Positions 35,907-45,561 of a stretch of DNA of 64,000 nucleotides are shown here, piece after piece (within the stretch, counting starts at the first letter, position 1; every line of letters starts with the position of its first letter). The position numbers and the translations under genes were made by a program. The notes under the pieces were generated by a model. That model worked only from the letters and a program-made list of their open reading frames with translations, was not told where the DNA came from and ran no database searches. The stretch is from IMG/VR virus record IMGVR_UViG_3300020193_000012, one strand, 5' to 3'. The stretch comes from an uncultured virus (IMG/VR IMGVR_UViG_3300020193_000012). Lineage: Duplodnaviria; Heunggongvirae; Uroviricota; Caudoviricetes.

Positions 35907-37802
35907 TTATTGCGGTAAACCATTTTCTGCTGCGGAAGTTGCCGCCAGATAACCTCTAGCACTTGATAAAGGACCTCTAACTGATGCTGTTGCAGTATCA
36001 TTAGCATAATCTACACGATCTACTGTTGATAATCCACCATTACCAGCACCACTAAACCAACCAAAAGAACTGTTACCTGTTGCTGCCAAGTACCTTCTAC
36101 CAACACTTAATGGTCCTCTAGGAGATGCTGTTACAGTGTCATTAGAGTAATCTATACGGTCTACTCTTGATACAAGTCCACTACCACCACCAAACCAACC
36201 AAAAGAACTGTTACCAGTTGCCCCCAAACCATATCTAGCAGCACTCAATGGACCTCTAGGAGATGCTGTTGCGGTATCATTAGCATAATCAATACGATCT
36301 ACTGTTGATAATATACTAGGAGCATATCCACCACCAAACCATCCATATGATGAATTACCGGTAGCGGCTACTAATGTTCTAGAGACAGCTAAAGGACCTC
36401 TAATTGATGCTGTAGCAGTATCGTTAGAGTAATTAATACGATCTACTATTGATAATCCAGGAAATCCACCACCAAACCATCCATATTGAGTATTTCCAAC
36501 CGCAGATTCTTGTAAATATAACCTTGCAGTTGATAAAGGACCTCTAACCGATGCTGTAGCAGTATCATTAGCATAATCAATACGATCTACTGTTGACACT
36601 GTACTAGGAGTGGAACCACCACCAAACCAACCATAAGAACTGTTACTGGTTGCTGATAGAAAATATCTAGCAGAACTTAATGGACCTCTAGTTGATGCTG
36701 TTGCCGTATCGTTAGAATAATTAATACGATTTACTGTTGAAACTAGAGTTCCACCACCACCGGCCGGTTGTGGTGCACCACCACCGATGTAACCATAACC
36801 TGTTGATGGAAAAGTTTGTTCTGGAGTGGGGACTCCAATATAATATGGTTGAGGTAATCCATATTCTCCTGCGGAGAAACCATTTAGCAAATCACCAGTT
36901 GCTGATAATGCGCCTCTAGGAGATGCTGTTGCGGTATCATTAGCGTAATCAATACGATCTACTGTTGATGCTGGTGTTCCAGAGGTATAACCTCCACCAA
37001 ACCATCCATATGAATTATTACCAGCAGATCCCATACCTCTCGCTGAACGTGTTATATTACCTCTTGGTGATGCTGTAGTAGTATCATTAGAGTAATCTAT
37101 ACGATCCACTGCTGATGTTACTGATGGAGTGCTTCCTCCCACATTCCACCCATAATTTGAATTTCCAGTGCATCCAAACCATTGTCTACCAACAGACATA
37201 TTACCTTTTGGTGATGCTGTTGCGGTATCATTAGAGTAATCTATACGACTAACGGTGGAAACTGCACCATTATGTCCAGTATGCCAACCAAAATTTGAGT
37301 TTCCAGTAGCATTATGATATCCTCTATTAACATTCAAATTTCCTCTTGGTGAGGCTGTCACATTGTCATTAGAGTAATCTATACGATCTACAATCGTTTG
37401 TCCGGCGGGAAATCCTCCAGCAAACCATCCATAATTCACATTTCCAGCAGCGGAGGATCCGTATCTAGCAGAAGCTAATGGTCCTCTTGTAGTTGCTGCT
37501 ACATTATCATTTGAATAATCAACACGATCTATTCTTGTCGTTGCTGGAATAGCAGTGCCGATATAAGCATAAAGACTATTCCCCGTACTAGATTTATACG
37601 ATCCACCAAATGTAGTTCCTCTACTAATCGCAGTTGCCGTGTCATTTGAAAAATCATTGCGGGAAATCGCTCCACTAGGATAGTTAAAGTATCCATAATT
37701 GGTAATAAGTGTGGCAACGTTTTCCGCTATCCAATTACTACTCAACTGCTCTTCATATACTTGCTTAAGTCTAAATACACCTCTTAAATTATCTCTAGGC
37801 AT
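35907..37802 (-). CDS. Double beta-propeller (Kelch-like) repeat protein 2 (631 aa)
   Basis: 12 repeats; each half ends in an xGLPQ motif. Confidence 0.85.
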   Translation of the reverse strand: MPRDNLRGVFRLKQVYEEQLSSNWIAENVATLITNYGYFNYPSGAISRNDFSNDTATAISRGTTFGGSYKSSTGNSLYAYIGTAIPATTRIDRVDYSNDNVAATTRGPLASARYGSSAAGNVNYGWFAGGFPAGQTIVDRIDYSNDNVTASPRGNLNVNRGYHNATGNSNFGWHTGHNGAVSTVSRIDYSNDTATASPKGNMSVGRQWFGCTGNSNYGWNVGGSTPSVTSAVDRIDYSNDTTTASPRGNITRSARGMGSAGNNSYGWFGGGYTSGTPASTVDRIDYANDTATASPRGALSATGDLLNGFSAGEYGLPQPYYIGVPTPEQTFPSTGYGYIGGGAPQPAGGGGTLVSTVNRINYSNDTATASTRGPLSSARYFLSATSNSSYGWFGGGSTPSTVSTVDRIDYANDTATASVRGPLSTARLYLQESAVGNTQYGWFGGGFPGLSIVDRINYSNDTATASIRGPLAVSRTLVAATGNSSYGWFGGGYAPSILSTVDRIDYANDTATASPRGPLSAARYGLGATGNSSFGWFGGGSGLVSRVDRIDYSNDTVTASPRGPLSVGRRYLAATGNSSFGWFSGAGNGGLSTVDRVDYANDTATASVRGPLSSARGYLAATSAAENGLPQ

Positions 37803-38307
37803 TTTGCAACAGCAACTTTTGATAGATTATTGAGTTATTTATCTGACCATACGAATGCCACAGATCTGCACGGAATAAAACTATGCGATTGTATTTTACA
37901 AATACATTTATGTATTCTTTCCAGTCATTTTGATTTTGAGCGTCAAATGTTGCATTTATGTCTTCAATTGTTTGAAATCCAAAAAGACTTCTTACATACT
38001 CATTCGGAAAAGCATCCAATTCTGTTTTTTTATGAATATAAAAACTCATTCCTTGAGTAAAGACACATTCTGCTGGCATTGTTAAGTAAATTACCGCAAC
38101 CCAATCATAAATTGTATTTGCGGTAATATTGTTTGGTTTATCTAAAACTTCATTAGATGCTAGTTCAACTTTTACTTTTCTTTGAAGTAGTTCAGAAATT
38201 TTAAGTACCGTTTCTTCAGTAATTAAACATTGATCTTCAAAAAAACTTTTATGATACCGATGGGCAATATCATAAAAGTCGTCAGCAATAATAACTTTTT
38301 GGTTCAT
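37795..38307 (-). CDS. DUF6445-like oxygenase-fold paralogue lacking the HxD motif
   Basis: IIADDFY, WVAVIYL, YNRIVLF..LWHS; no HxD. Confidence 0.7.
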   Translation of the reverse strand: MNQKVIIADDFYDIAHRYHKSFFEDQCLITEETVLKISELLQRKVKVELASNEVLDKPNNITANTIYDWVAVIYLTMPAECVFTQGMSFYIHKKTELDAFPNEYVRSLFGFQTIEDINATFDAQNQNDWKEYINVFVKYNRIVLFRADLWHSYGQINNSIIYQKLLLQNA

Positions 38308-40061
38308 CAGTTACCTTCTAGTTTTCTCTGCTCTTGTTGAGAACCTGAAATCAATCCTAGATTTTGTCCACTCACTTCTTGAATACCCTCAAGAACTTTT
38401 CTTTGCAAATCGTTCAAGAATTCCATCTTACCTTGTGGTCCTTCAAGAACTTTATTGATACCAAGATAACCTTCTGGAAGAGTATTTCTATTATCAACAA
38501 TAGCAGGAGCAGAAGCACGACGCATACTGTGAATGTTTCCAATTGAAATACCAGTCTGAGCAGCAATCATTTCATCCATTGCCTGATCAGCAAAACGACG
38601 CTCCCAATACAGACCATCATTTTCCAAGAACTGCTCTCTACTTACAGGTTGACCTCCATTTTGCTCAACAAGTTTTTCTAGAATTTTATCTAGATGTTCC
38701 ATCTGATGGAGACGGTCACGAATTTCAAGTTCAGATGATTTCAAATAATTAGTAAGTTGAAGTTCATCTAAATCAAACCAACAAAGTTTTTTACTACCTC
38801 CTCCAGGACCAGATTGCTCCCAGAAAATTGGTTGTGACTTATCTTTATCATTCCACTTATATTCAAATTCACGAACTTTTTCTTTCATCTCAATAAGCTT
38901 CTGCATATAACCCTCTGCCATCTGACGGCGGGATTTGAGAGTTGCTTCAAAAGCAGCAGGAAGAGTATGTCCTTCAAGTAGAGCAAATTTCTCTAACTGA
39001 AAATTAGTTCTACCTTGAGCAAGTTCTTTGTCACTCTCTTCCCACCTCAAAACATTATCAAATGCCTTACGAAGATATTCTTCATCAGTTACTGCTTGCT
39101 GTGCTGAAATTGGTTGATAAGACAATGCAGTATTTTCAGTAGTCATAGGTTCTCCACTTGTAATTTGTTTAACTAATTTTTCCCACTGTTTTGCGACCTT
39201 TTTCCAGTCACACTTTTGTGATATATGATTTGAAAGTGATTTTGAGATTTGATTATAATAAGATCTGTCTCCGTCAAAATAATCTAGAGCAGTGCAACAA
39301 ACCTCTGCAAATCTATTTATGAAGTCTGGTGTTACTTGATATCCTTTTGGTGTTCTCTTACCTTCAATAGGAACTACAGAAGCAAAGTTTTCCCCTGCCA
39401 CCTCAGGGATAGCACCAATATCTGTAATAATTGGATAACATCCACACTTCATCGCTTCTGCCATGGATACGCAGAATGTTTCCTCCCAAATGTTAGGATG
39501 AATAAAAAAAGAAGATTCTTGATATGCCGATACAAGTTCTTCTTGGTCAACAGCAGCAGAATATTCTACATTTGGTAAAGCTTTCAATTCTTCATATAGT
39601 TCAATATATGGATCATTAGATGGTCCATAAAGAGACATTGACGAAAAGATTTTAAACTTTGCGTCTGGATGTTTTTGATGAATGATTTGAATTAAAATGG
39701 GAAGTAACTCTAATCCTTTATATGGGATTGAAGTATGGATAAATGTTTTAGTTTTATTTTCAGAGTAAGTAAAGATATCACTTACCCCAGTCGGAATGAC
39801 AGTAATCTTATCTTTGGGTACGTTGTGATATTGAATAAGTTTCTCTTTAGCCCAATGTGAAGGAGAAACAATATGTGTAATTTTATTATGATCAAAGTTT
39901 ACATAAAATGGTTGATCATAAGCATGTTGTCCCCAAAGAATTTTATATTTCTTATTAGATTTTAAAAGAACTTCTGGAAGGTGAGACACCTCCACATCTT
40001 CAGGAATTTGATAGTGTTGTGAAAGGTAATGATAAGAACTTTCAGATGCGCCCGACTTCAT
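38307..40061 (-). CDS. GT-B (GT4-like) glycosyltransferase fused to a C-terminal coiled-coil domain (584 aa)
   Basis: SIPYKGLE, HPNIWEETFCVSMAEAMKCGC.PI.TDIGAIPE. Confidence 0.85.
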   Translation of the reverse strand: MKSGASESSYHYLSQHYQIPEDVEVSHLPEVLLKSNKKYKILWGQHAYDQPFYVNFDHNKITHIVSPSHWAKEKLIQYHNVPKDKITVIPTGVSDIFTYSENKTKTFIHTSIPYKGLELLPILIQIIHQKHPDAKFKIFSSMSLYGPSNDPYIELYEELKALPNVEYSAAVDQEELVSAYQESSFFIHPNIWEETFCVSMAEAMKCGCYPIITDIGAIPEVAGENFASVVPIEGKRTPKGYQVTPDFINRFAEVCCTALDYFDGDRSYYNQISKSLSNHISQKCDWKKVAKQWEKLVKQITSGEPMTTENTALSYQPISAQQAVTDEEYLRKAFDNVLRWEESDKELAQGRTNFQLEKFALLEGHTLPAAFEATLKSRRQMAEGYMQKLIEMKEKVREFEYKWNDKDKSQPIFWEQSGPGGGSKKLCWFDLDELQLTNYLKSSELEIRDRLHQMEHLDKILEKLVEQNGGQPVSREQFLENDGLYWERRFADQAMDEMIAAQTGISIGNIHSMRRASAPAIVDNRNTLPEGYLGINKVLEGPQGKMEFLNDLQRKVLEGIQEVSGQNLGLISGSQQEQRKLEGN

Positions 40062-40064
40062 AAA

Positions 40065-40718
40065 TCACTCCGTAAAAATATGCGACCCAACGTGTTGTAG
40101 TTTAATGCTTGTATCTAGCCATACATCATATCCTAGCATTCTAGCACGAAAAAAGAAACTTTTGTCTTCTGACAGAAATGATTGTCCTTCTTTATGCTCC
40201 ATAAAGTAATGATATGAATTATGTATCTCTGCTTCAGTTACTGGATAATTACTATCGTTAGTTGGAGGTGAGTATTTTAATTCTGGAAAATGTTGAGACA
40301 TGTTCAAGAATACATTACGATGAACTAAAACAAATCCCATTCCATTCCCACCAATTTTAACCAAATCACCATTTCTTTGTTCTGGTTGAAGAATATCAAT
40401 ACAATAGCGAATTGGTATTGTTTTCATCGGATATGCCCCAGAGACAATATCAATATTATAAGACAGCATTTTTAATACGTCTTCTGGATTAAATCCAATA
40501 TCACTATCCAAGAATAAAAGATATTCGTGTTCTGTGTTATTGATGAAAAAGTTGGCAATTTTAGATCTTCCTTGAGTGATCAAGGAAGAATTTGCTTGGG
40601 TGAGAAGTCCGTGGGGAATATTATTTCTTGCCAAAAGTTTGCCAAGATTAAATAAACTCATCGTGGTCTTTTCACTCACAATTCCTCCGTGACACGGAAG
40701 AGCAATCATTAAACTCAT
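40065..40718 (-). CDS. GT-A fold glycosyltransferase-like protein (217 aa)
   Basis: LLFLDSDI (DxD), SEDKSF..RA...G..VWLD...L.HVG. Confidence 0.75.
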   Translation of the reverse strand: MSLMIALPCHGGIVSEKTTMSLFNLGKLLARNNIPHGLLTQANSSLITQGRSKIANFFINNTEHEYLLFLDSDIGFNPEDVLKMLSYNIDIVSGAYPMKTIPIRYCIDILQPEQRNGDLVKIGGNGMGFVLVHRNVFLNMSQHFPELKYSPPTNDSNYPVTEAEIHNSYHYFMEHKEGQSFLSEDKSFFFRARMLGYDVWLDTSIKLQHVGSHIFTE

Positions 40719-40748
40719 AAGTTTTTTATCAATTATACTACAAAAAGT

Positions 40749-42614
40749 TTATTGTGGCAATCCATTTGCTGCTGCAGATACTGAACCATTACCAGCGTAT
40801 CTACTAGCACTTAATGGACCTTTTGGAGAAGCAGTTGCGGTATCATTTGCATAATCTACACGATCTACTACTGATGTTTTGGGACTAATGCCACCGGCAA
40901 AATAACCATAAGAACTATTACCAGTTGCAGATAAATTTCTTCTACCAACACTTAGACTGCCTCTTGGCGATGCATTTACAGTATCATTAGAATAGTCCAT
41001 ACGTTCAACATTAGTAATATTTACATATCCACCACCCCACCAACCATAATTAGCATTTCCTGTAGCTGAACTAAAGTATGTACAATTTACCAACCTACCT
41101 CTAGGAGAAGCAGTTGCCGTATCACTTGCATAATCAATACGATCTACTATCGTCCTAGATCCTGTACCTGGCGTAAAACCACCACCAAACCAACCATAAG
41201 AAGTATTACCAGTTGCCCTTAATTGATATCTGCCAGCAGAGAGAGGACCTTTTGTTGATGCTGTTGCAGTGTCATTTGCATAATCAACACGATCAACTGT
41301 ATCCACTACCCCACCCGCGCCTGGGGCACCTCCACCAAAGTATCCATAAGAATTATTACCTGTTGCTGTGAGTGCATAACGTGTTCCACTTAGTGGTCCT
41401 TTTGGAGATGCTGCAGCAGTATCATTAGCATAATCTACACGGTCTACTGTCGATAATCCACCAGCACCACCACCAAAATATCCATAAGAACTACTACCTG
41501 TTCCCGCGTTGTAATACCTAGCAACACTCAGAGTTCCTTTTGGAGATGCAGTTGCTGTATCATTGTTATAATTAATACGATCTATTGTTGATTTTGAAGG
41601 AATATCTCCAGCAAAGTATCCATAATAAGTTGCTCCATAATATTGCTCTGGAGCAATTGCTGTAGTTTCTAGAAATTGTGGAAGTCCATCTGCTGCTGCT
41701 GAAGTTGCACCATAAAGCCTTCTTGTAGCATTTAATGAACCTCTTACAGATGCTGTTGCAGTGTCATTAGAATAATCTATACGATTAGTTATTGTTACTG
41801 TTGGGGAATACCCCCCAGCGACATATCCATAAACATTATTTCCCGTTGCTGCTCCATGATAGTTAGAATAAGATAATGGACCTCTTACAGATGCTGTCGC
41901 AGTATCATTAGAATAATCTACACGATCTACTGTTGATAGTGAAGAAGCATTATATCCCATAGCCCAATAACCATAATTAACATTCCCTGTTGATGCTGTA
42001 CCATATCTAGCAACACTTAATGGACCTCTAGGAGATGCTGTTGCTGTATCATTAGAATAATCTATACGATCAACTGTTGAGAATGGACCAGAATATCCTG
42101 CCCCAAACCATCCATAAGATGGATTACCTGTTGCGGAGTAATAAAGTCTACCAAGAGTTAATTTTCCTCGTGGTGACGCTGTTGCCGTATCACTAGAATA
42201 ATCTATACGATCTACATTTGTTCCACCGTTCGCGCCAGCACCAAACCATCCATAAGAACTATTAGAGGTTGCTGCCATTGAATATTTTGCTGCAGTTAAT
42301 GAACCTCGGGTTAATGCTGTTGCACCATCATTCGAATAATCTATACGCTCTACTAATGATAATGCTGGATAATTGCCGGCATAATATCCATATGATTTAT
42401 TTCCTGTCGCTGTATGATAAGCTCTTGAAACACTAAAAGTTCCTCTTAAGAATGACGCTGTATCATTAGTATATTCAATTCTATCTATTGTTGTAGTATA
42501 TCCACCACCAAAATAACCATACCTTTCAGAAGAATTAAATAACGGCCAATCCCCAGTGATTTGAAATCTATAAACTTGTTCTAAAGAAAAAACGTCAGTT
42601 CTAAGAGAAGCCAT
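40749..42614 (-). CDS. Double beta-propeller (Kelch-like) repeat protein 1 (621 aa)
   Basis: 12 repeats; N-terminal DVFSL.....GDWP peptide. Confidence 0.85.
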   Translation of the reverse strand: MASLRTDVFSLEQVYRFQITGDWPLFNSSERYGYFGGGYTTTIDRIEYTNDTASFLRGTFSVSRAYHTATGNKSYGYYAGNYPALSLVERIDYSNDGATALTRGSLTAAKYSMAATSNSSYGWFGAGANGGTNVDRIDYSSDTATASPRGKLTLGRLYYSATGNPSYGWFGAGYSGPFSTVDRIDYSNDTATASPRGPLSVARYGTASTGNVNYGYWAMGYNASSLSTVDRVDYSNDTATASVRGPLSYSNYHGAATGNNVYGYVAGGYSPTVTITNRIDYSNDTATASVRGSLNATRRLYGATSAAADGLPQFLETTAIAPEQYYGATYYGYFAGDIPSKSTIDRINYNNDTATASPKGTLSVARYYNAGTGSSSYGYFGGGAGGLSTVDRVDYANDTAAASPKGPLSGTRYALTATGNNSYGYFGGGAPGAGGVVDTVDRVDYANDTATASTKGPLSAGRYQLRATGNTSYGWFGGGFTPGTGSRTIVDRIDYASDTATASPRGRLVNCTYFSSATGNANYGWWGGGYVNITNVERMDYSNDTVNASPRGSLSVGRRNLSATGNSSYGYFAGGISPKTSVVDRVDYANDTATASPKGPLSASRYAGNGSVSAAANGLPQ

Positions 42615-42619
42615 TTACA

Positions 42620-43642
42620 TTATCCTGTGATTTTTTTACCAGAAATCGAAACATCTATAGGACTACCGCCGGCAGTCGTACTTCCAACAGATATTCTTAC
42701 TATATCATTAGTTTCAATTCTTTTTGGTCTGTCACAAAGTTCTACTGTGGAATAACGCGGGATTACTAAATCTTTTGCCAAATATGTTGTATTTGCTCCA
42801 CTTGTAACTAGAACAGAAATTGCATAGTCACCATCATCGGTTCTATTTGCTAAATGAATTGATTGAATTACTGATGGATATGTTGTTGATGTAAAGATAC
42901 CAGTTATTGCTGTTGTACCTATACCTGCAGTAGAAACTCCAACACCAAAATAATCAGTGCTATTGGTCTCAGTGTATGTCATGTAAATTTCTATAGCATT
43001 ACTTACACCAACATAACTATAATTATTTGCCCACATCGTGATAAAATCAGATGGGTTTGCAATATGTGGCTGCTTAAGTAGTTCTGCCGAAGCTCCAGGC
43101 ACTAAAGGTACGTTATACGCAAAATGAACTTTTCTACTATTATTGTTATAATTTAATGCTCCAATTAAATGAACTTCAGTGCTTGCAGAAGAAACATTTG
43201 TTGCTTGAATACTTTCAATAATATATCTTTTTCCTGATGTAGAAGGAAAACTAAAAACCGTAGTTTCATATCCAAGTGGTTTAATATGAGTTGAACTCGT
43301 AATTCCAGTGTTAAACTCACCTGATCCTCCACCAGCAGCAATGGTGATTGTAGAGATACCATTAGATGCTGTAGTTAGAGTTGCTCCAGAAGCAAAATTA
43401 ACTTGAGTAATCCCAGTTCCAACAGAACTTCCTGCTTGCTTAAGTTCTAGTCCAGCGGAAATACCAGTTAAATTTGCCCCAGATCCAACAAAACTTGTAG
43501 CAGTAACAACGCCAGTAACATTAATACCTGTGGCATTAACAGTAACACCAGATCCTACAATCGCTGATGTTGCTGTTAAAATGCCAGTATTGGTATTTCT
43601 ACTATTATCAATAACAGTAGTTCCTGAAACTTTGATTGCCAT
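42620..43642 (-). CDS. Tail fibre segment with two adaptor-like C-terminal domains (340 aa)
   Basis: MAIKVSGTTVID, GVVTATSFVGSGANLTG; tandem IESIQATN/IQSIHLAN domains. Confidence 0.8.
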   Translation of the reverse strand: MAIKVSGTTVIDNSRNTNTGILTATSAIVGSGVTVNATGINVTGVVTATSFVGSGANLTGISAGLELKQAGSSVGTGITQVNFASGATLTTASNGISTITIAAGGGSGEFNTGITSSTHIKPLGYETTVFSFPSTSGKRYIIESIQATNVSSASTEVHLIGALNYNNNSRKVHFAYNVPLVPGASAELLKQPHIANPSDFITMWANNYSYVGVSNAIEIYMTYTETNSTDYFGVGVSTAGIGTTAITGIFTSTTYPSVIQSIHLANRTDDGDYAISVLVTSGANTTYLAKDLVIPRYSTVELCDRPKRIETNDIVRISVGSTTAGGSPIDVSISGKKITG

Positions 43643-43669
43643 CTTCGTGTTCCCACTCGGCGTTTCTTA

Positions 43670-45523
43670 TTATTTAGCGTTCTTAAGTTCTTCTACCTCT
43701 GCTTTCAATTCCTTGATTGCTTCAATCAGAACGCCAATAATACCATTATAATTAACCGTTTTGGGGTTGTTTCCATGAACAAGTTCTGGTAAAACCTCTT
43801 CAAGTTCTTGTGCAATTACGCCATATGAAGGAATGCCACTTTCTTTCCAATCAAATTTTACACCACGAAGTTGATCAACTTTAAGTAGTGCATTATTAAC
43901 AGTATTGATGTTTTCTTTATAATTAACATCCGAAAGAGCATCAAAATCAGTAGCAGTAACAACACCAGAAGAGTTGATGTTACCGGTAGAAACTGATGTT
44001 GAGGTGACAATACCAGTTACTCTGATACCAGCAGGATTAATATTTAAGATTGAAGAACCAACAGATACAAATGTCTGTTGCCCTGCAGTTGGTGAGAACA
44101 CGCCAGTCGTTGAGCTATTATCAAAATACCAACTTGGTGCAATCGCAGTACCATTAGCAAAAGAAAGACTTCCGACAGCAGTGATGATACCAACGTTAAA
44201 TGGTGCAGCATCAACCCACTGAGCACTATCAGTATCTTGATAATAAATGAATAGTCTACCAATATTTGTGTTGTACCAGAGATTTCCAGCGGTTACAATA
44301 CCAACAAAAGCATCTCCTGGCGTCGATCCAATACCAATTGATGCACTTCCTCCACCACCACCTTCAAAGTAAATTGTAGCAATACCAACAGAAGAATTAT
44401 AATATGCTGATGATACTCCAGCACCTCTTAAGTCAATAAAGGAGACACCATATCCAACAACACCACCAGAAGTTCCAATACCAATTGTTGCTGTTAGATT
44501 TCTTGCATTACCAGTAAGATATGAACCATCACCATAATAAGTGACAATACCAGAAGTTGCAGTAATAATTCCAGATACTGCTACCCCAATACTTGTTGTT
44601 TCAAACTTTTTATTGTTGTTATGATAAATCTCTACTGAACTATCTTGATTTGCAACAATTGCATTTTCAGATGTGTTCGTGCGAATATTAACACTACCAC
44701 CATTACTTTGAATGTAAAGGTTTCCTGCACCTTGCTCTTGAATATAACTATTTGATCCATCATGATAGATGTTTAAGTCAGACCCATTTCCAAAGTACAG
44801 ACTTGCATTATCAATAAATTGACCATAGTTGTTGAAGGTAGAAATTCCACCAACATTCAGATTGCTTGAAATATCAACAGCATTATTGATATCAACAAAT
44901 CCACCGATTGTTGCTGCACCACTAACATTAACATCATTTGATATATCAACACTATCATTAATGTCAACAAAACCACTAATTGTTGTTAATCCAACAACGT
45001 TTAAATTGGTTGAGATATCAACACTATTATTAATATCAGTATATCCATCAAATGTGGATATACCTGTTACATATAAAGTTGCTCCACCATTTAGTTGTGC
45101 TGCTTGACTTACAAAAAGTCTGTTAAGATCTGCTTGGTCAAGCGTAATGTCATCAGTACTAAGGTCTCCAGTTACCTTAAGATCGCCATAAACATAAAGT
45201 GCGGTCTGACCTGTTGAGACTGGAGAGCGAACGTCTAATAGATATGCTGGATATGCAGTACCGACACCAACGGATTGCCCAGCACCTGCAGGTCCAGCGA
45301 TAACACTAAAAACTTGTCCGTTTGTTCCAACTCTCAGTTCATTACTGATTGTTGATACGCCAGTAACAAAGGAATGAGTAGCACCAATTCCACCTATAAC
45401 GTGAAATTGATACTGCGGAATTGTTGTACCAATACCAACCTTATCGGTAGTAGCATCTGCAACGATGAGATTAGTATTAACCTCAAATCCGTTCTTAACT
45501 ACAAAATTCTTATTGACTGCCAT
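43670..45523 (-). CDS. Tail fibre protein with peptidase S74 chaperone (617 aa)
   Basis: NKNFVVKNG N-terminus, G.VDIN.SVDIS repeats, SDVNYKENI...GVIAQELE. Confidence 0.85.
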   Translation of the reverse strand: MAVNKNFVVKNGFEVNTNLIVADATTDKVGIGTTIPQYQFHVIGGIGATHSFVTGVSTISNELRVGTNGQVFSVIAGPAGAGQSVGVGTAYPAYLLDVRSPVSTGQTALYVYGDLKVTGDLSTDDITLDQADLNRLFVSQAAQLNGGATLYVTGISTFDGYTDINNSVDISTNLNVVGLTTISGFVDINDSVDISNDVNVSGAATIGGFVDINNAVDISSNLNVGGISTFNNYGQFIDNASLYFGNGSDLNIYHDGSNSYIQEQGAGNLYIQSNGGSVNIRTNTSENAIVANQDSSVEIYHNNNKKFETTSIGVAVSGIITATSGIVTYYGDGSYLTGNARNLTATIGIGTSGGVVGYGVSFIDLRGAGVSSAYYNSSVGIATIYFEGGGGGSASIGIGSTPGDAFVGIVTAGNLWYNTNIGRLFIYYQDTDSAQWVDAAPFNVGIITAVGSLSFANGTAIAPSWYFDNSSTTGVFSPTAGQQTFVSVGSSILNINPAGIRVTGIVTSTSVSTGNINSSGVVTATDFDALSDVNYKENINTVNNALLKVDQLRGVKFDWKESGIPSYGVIAQELEEVLPELVHGNNPKTVNYNGIIGVLIEAIKELKAEVEELKNAK

Positions 45524-45561
45524 TTGGGTTCACTCTCCCCCAATTAGATTTTAATTATTTA

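Noticed and set aside
32081..42614. Regularly spaced ~140-bp repeats resembling a CRISPR array
   Set aside because: In-frame protein repeats with third-position variation; no cas genes or leader
7907..45523. Diversity-generating retroelement acting on Mtd_N-like fibres
   Set aside because: No reverse transcriptase and no template/variable repeat pair differing only at adenines seen in this window
43643..45555. G-rich leaders before fibre genes (CGAGTGGGAACACG; GGGGGAGAGTGAACCC) as structured RNAs
   Set aside because: Only 3-4 bp stems; not distinguishable from ordinary RBS regions without homologues
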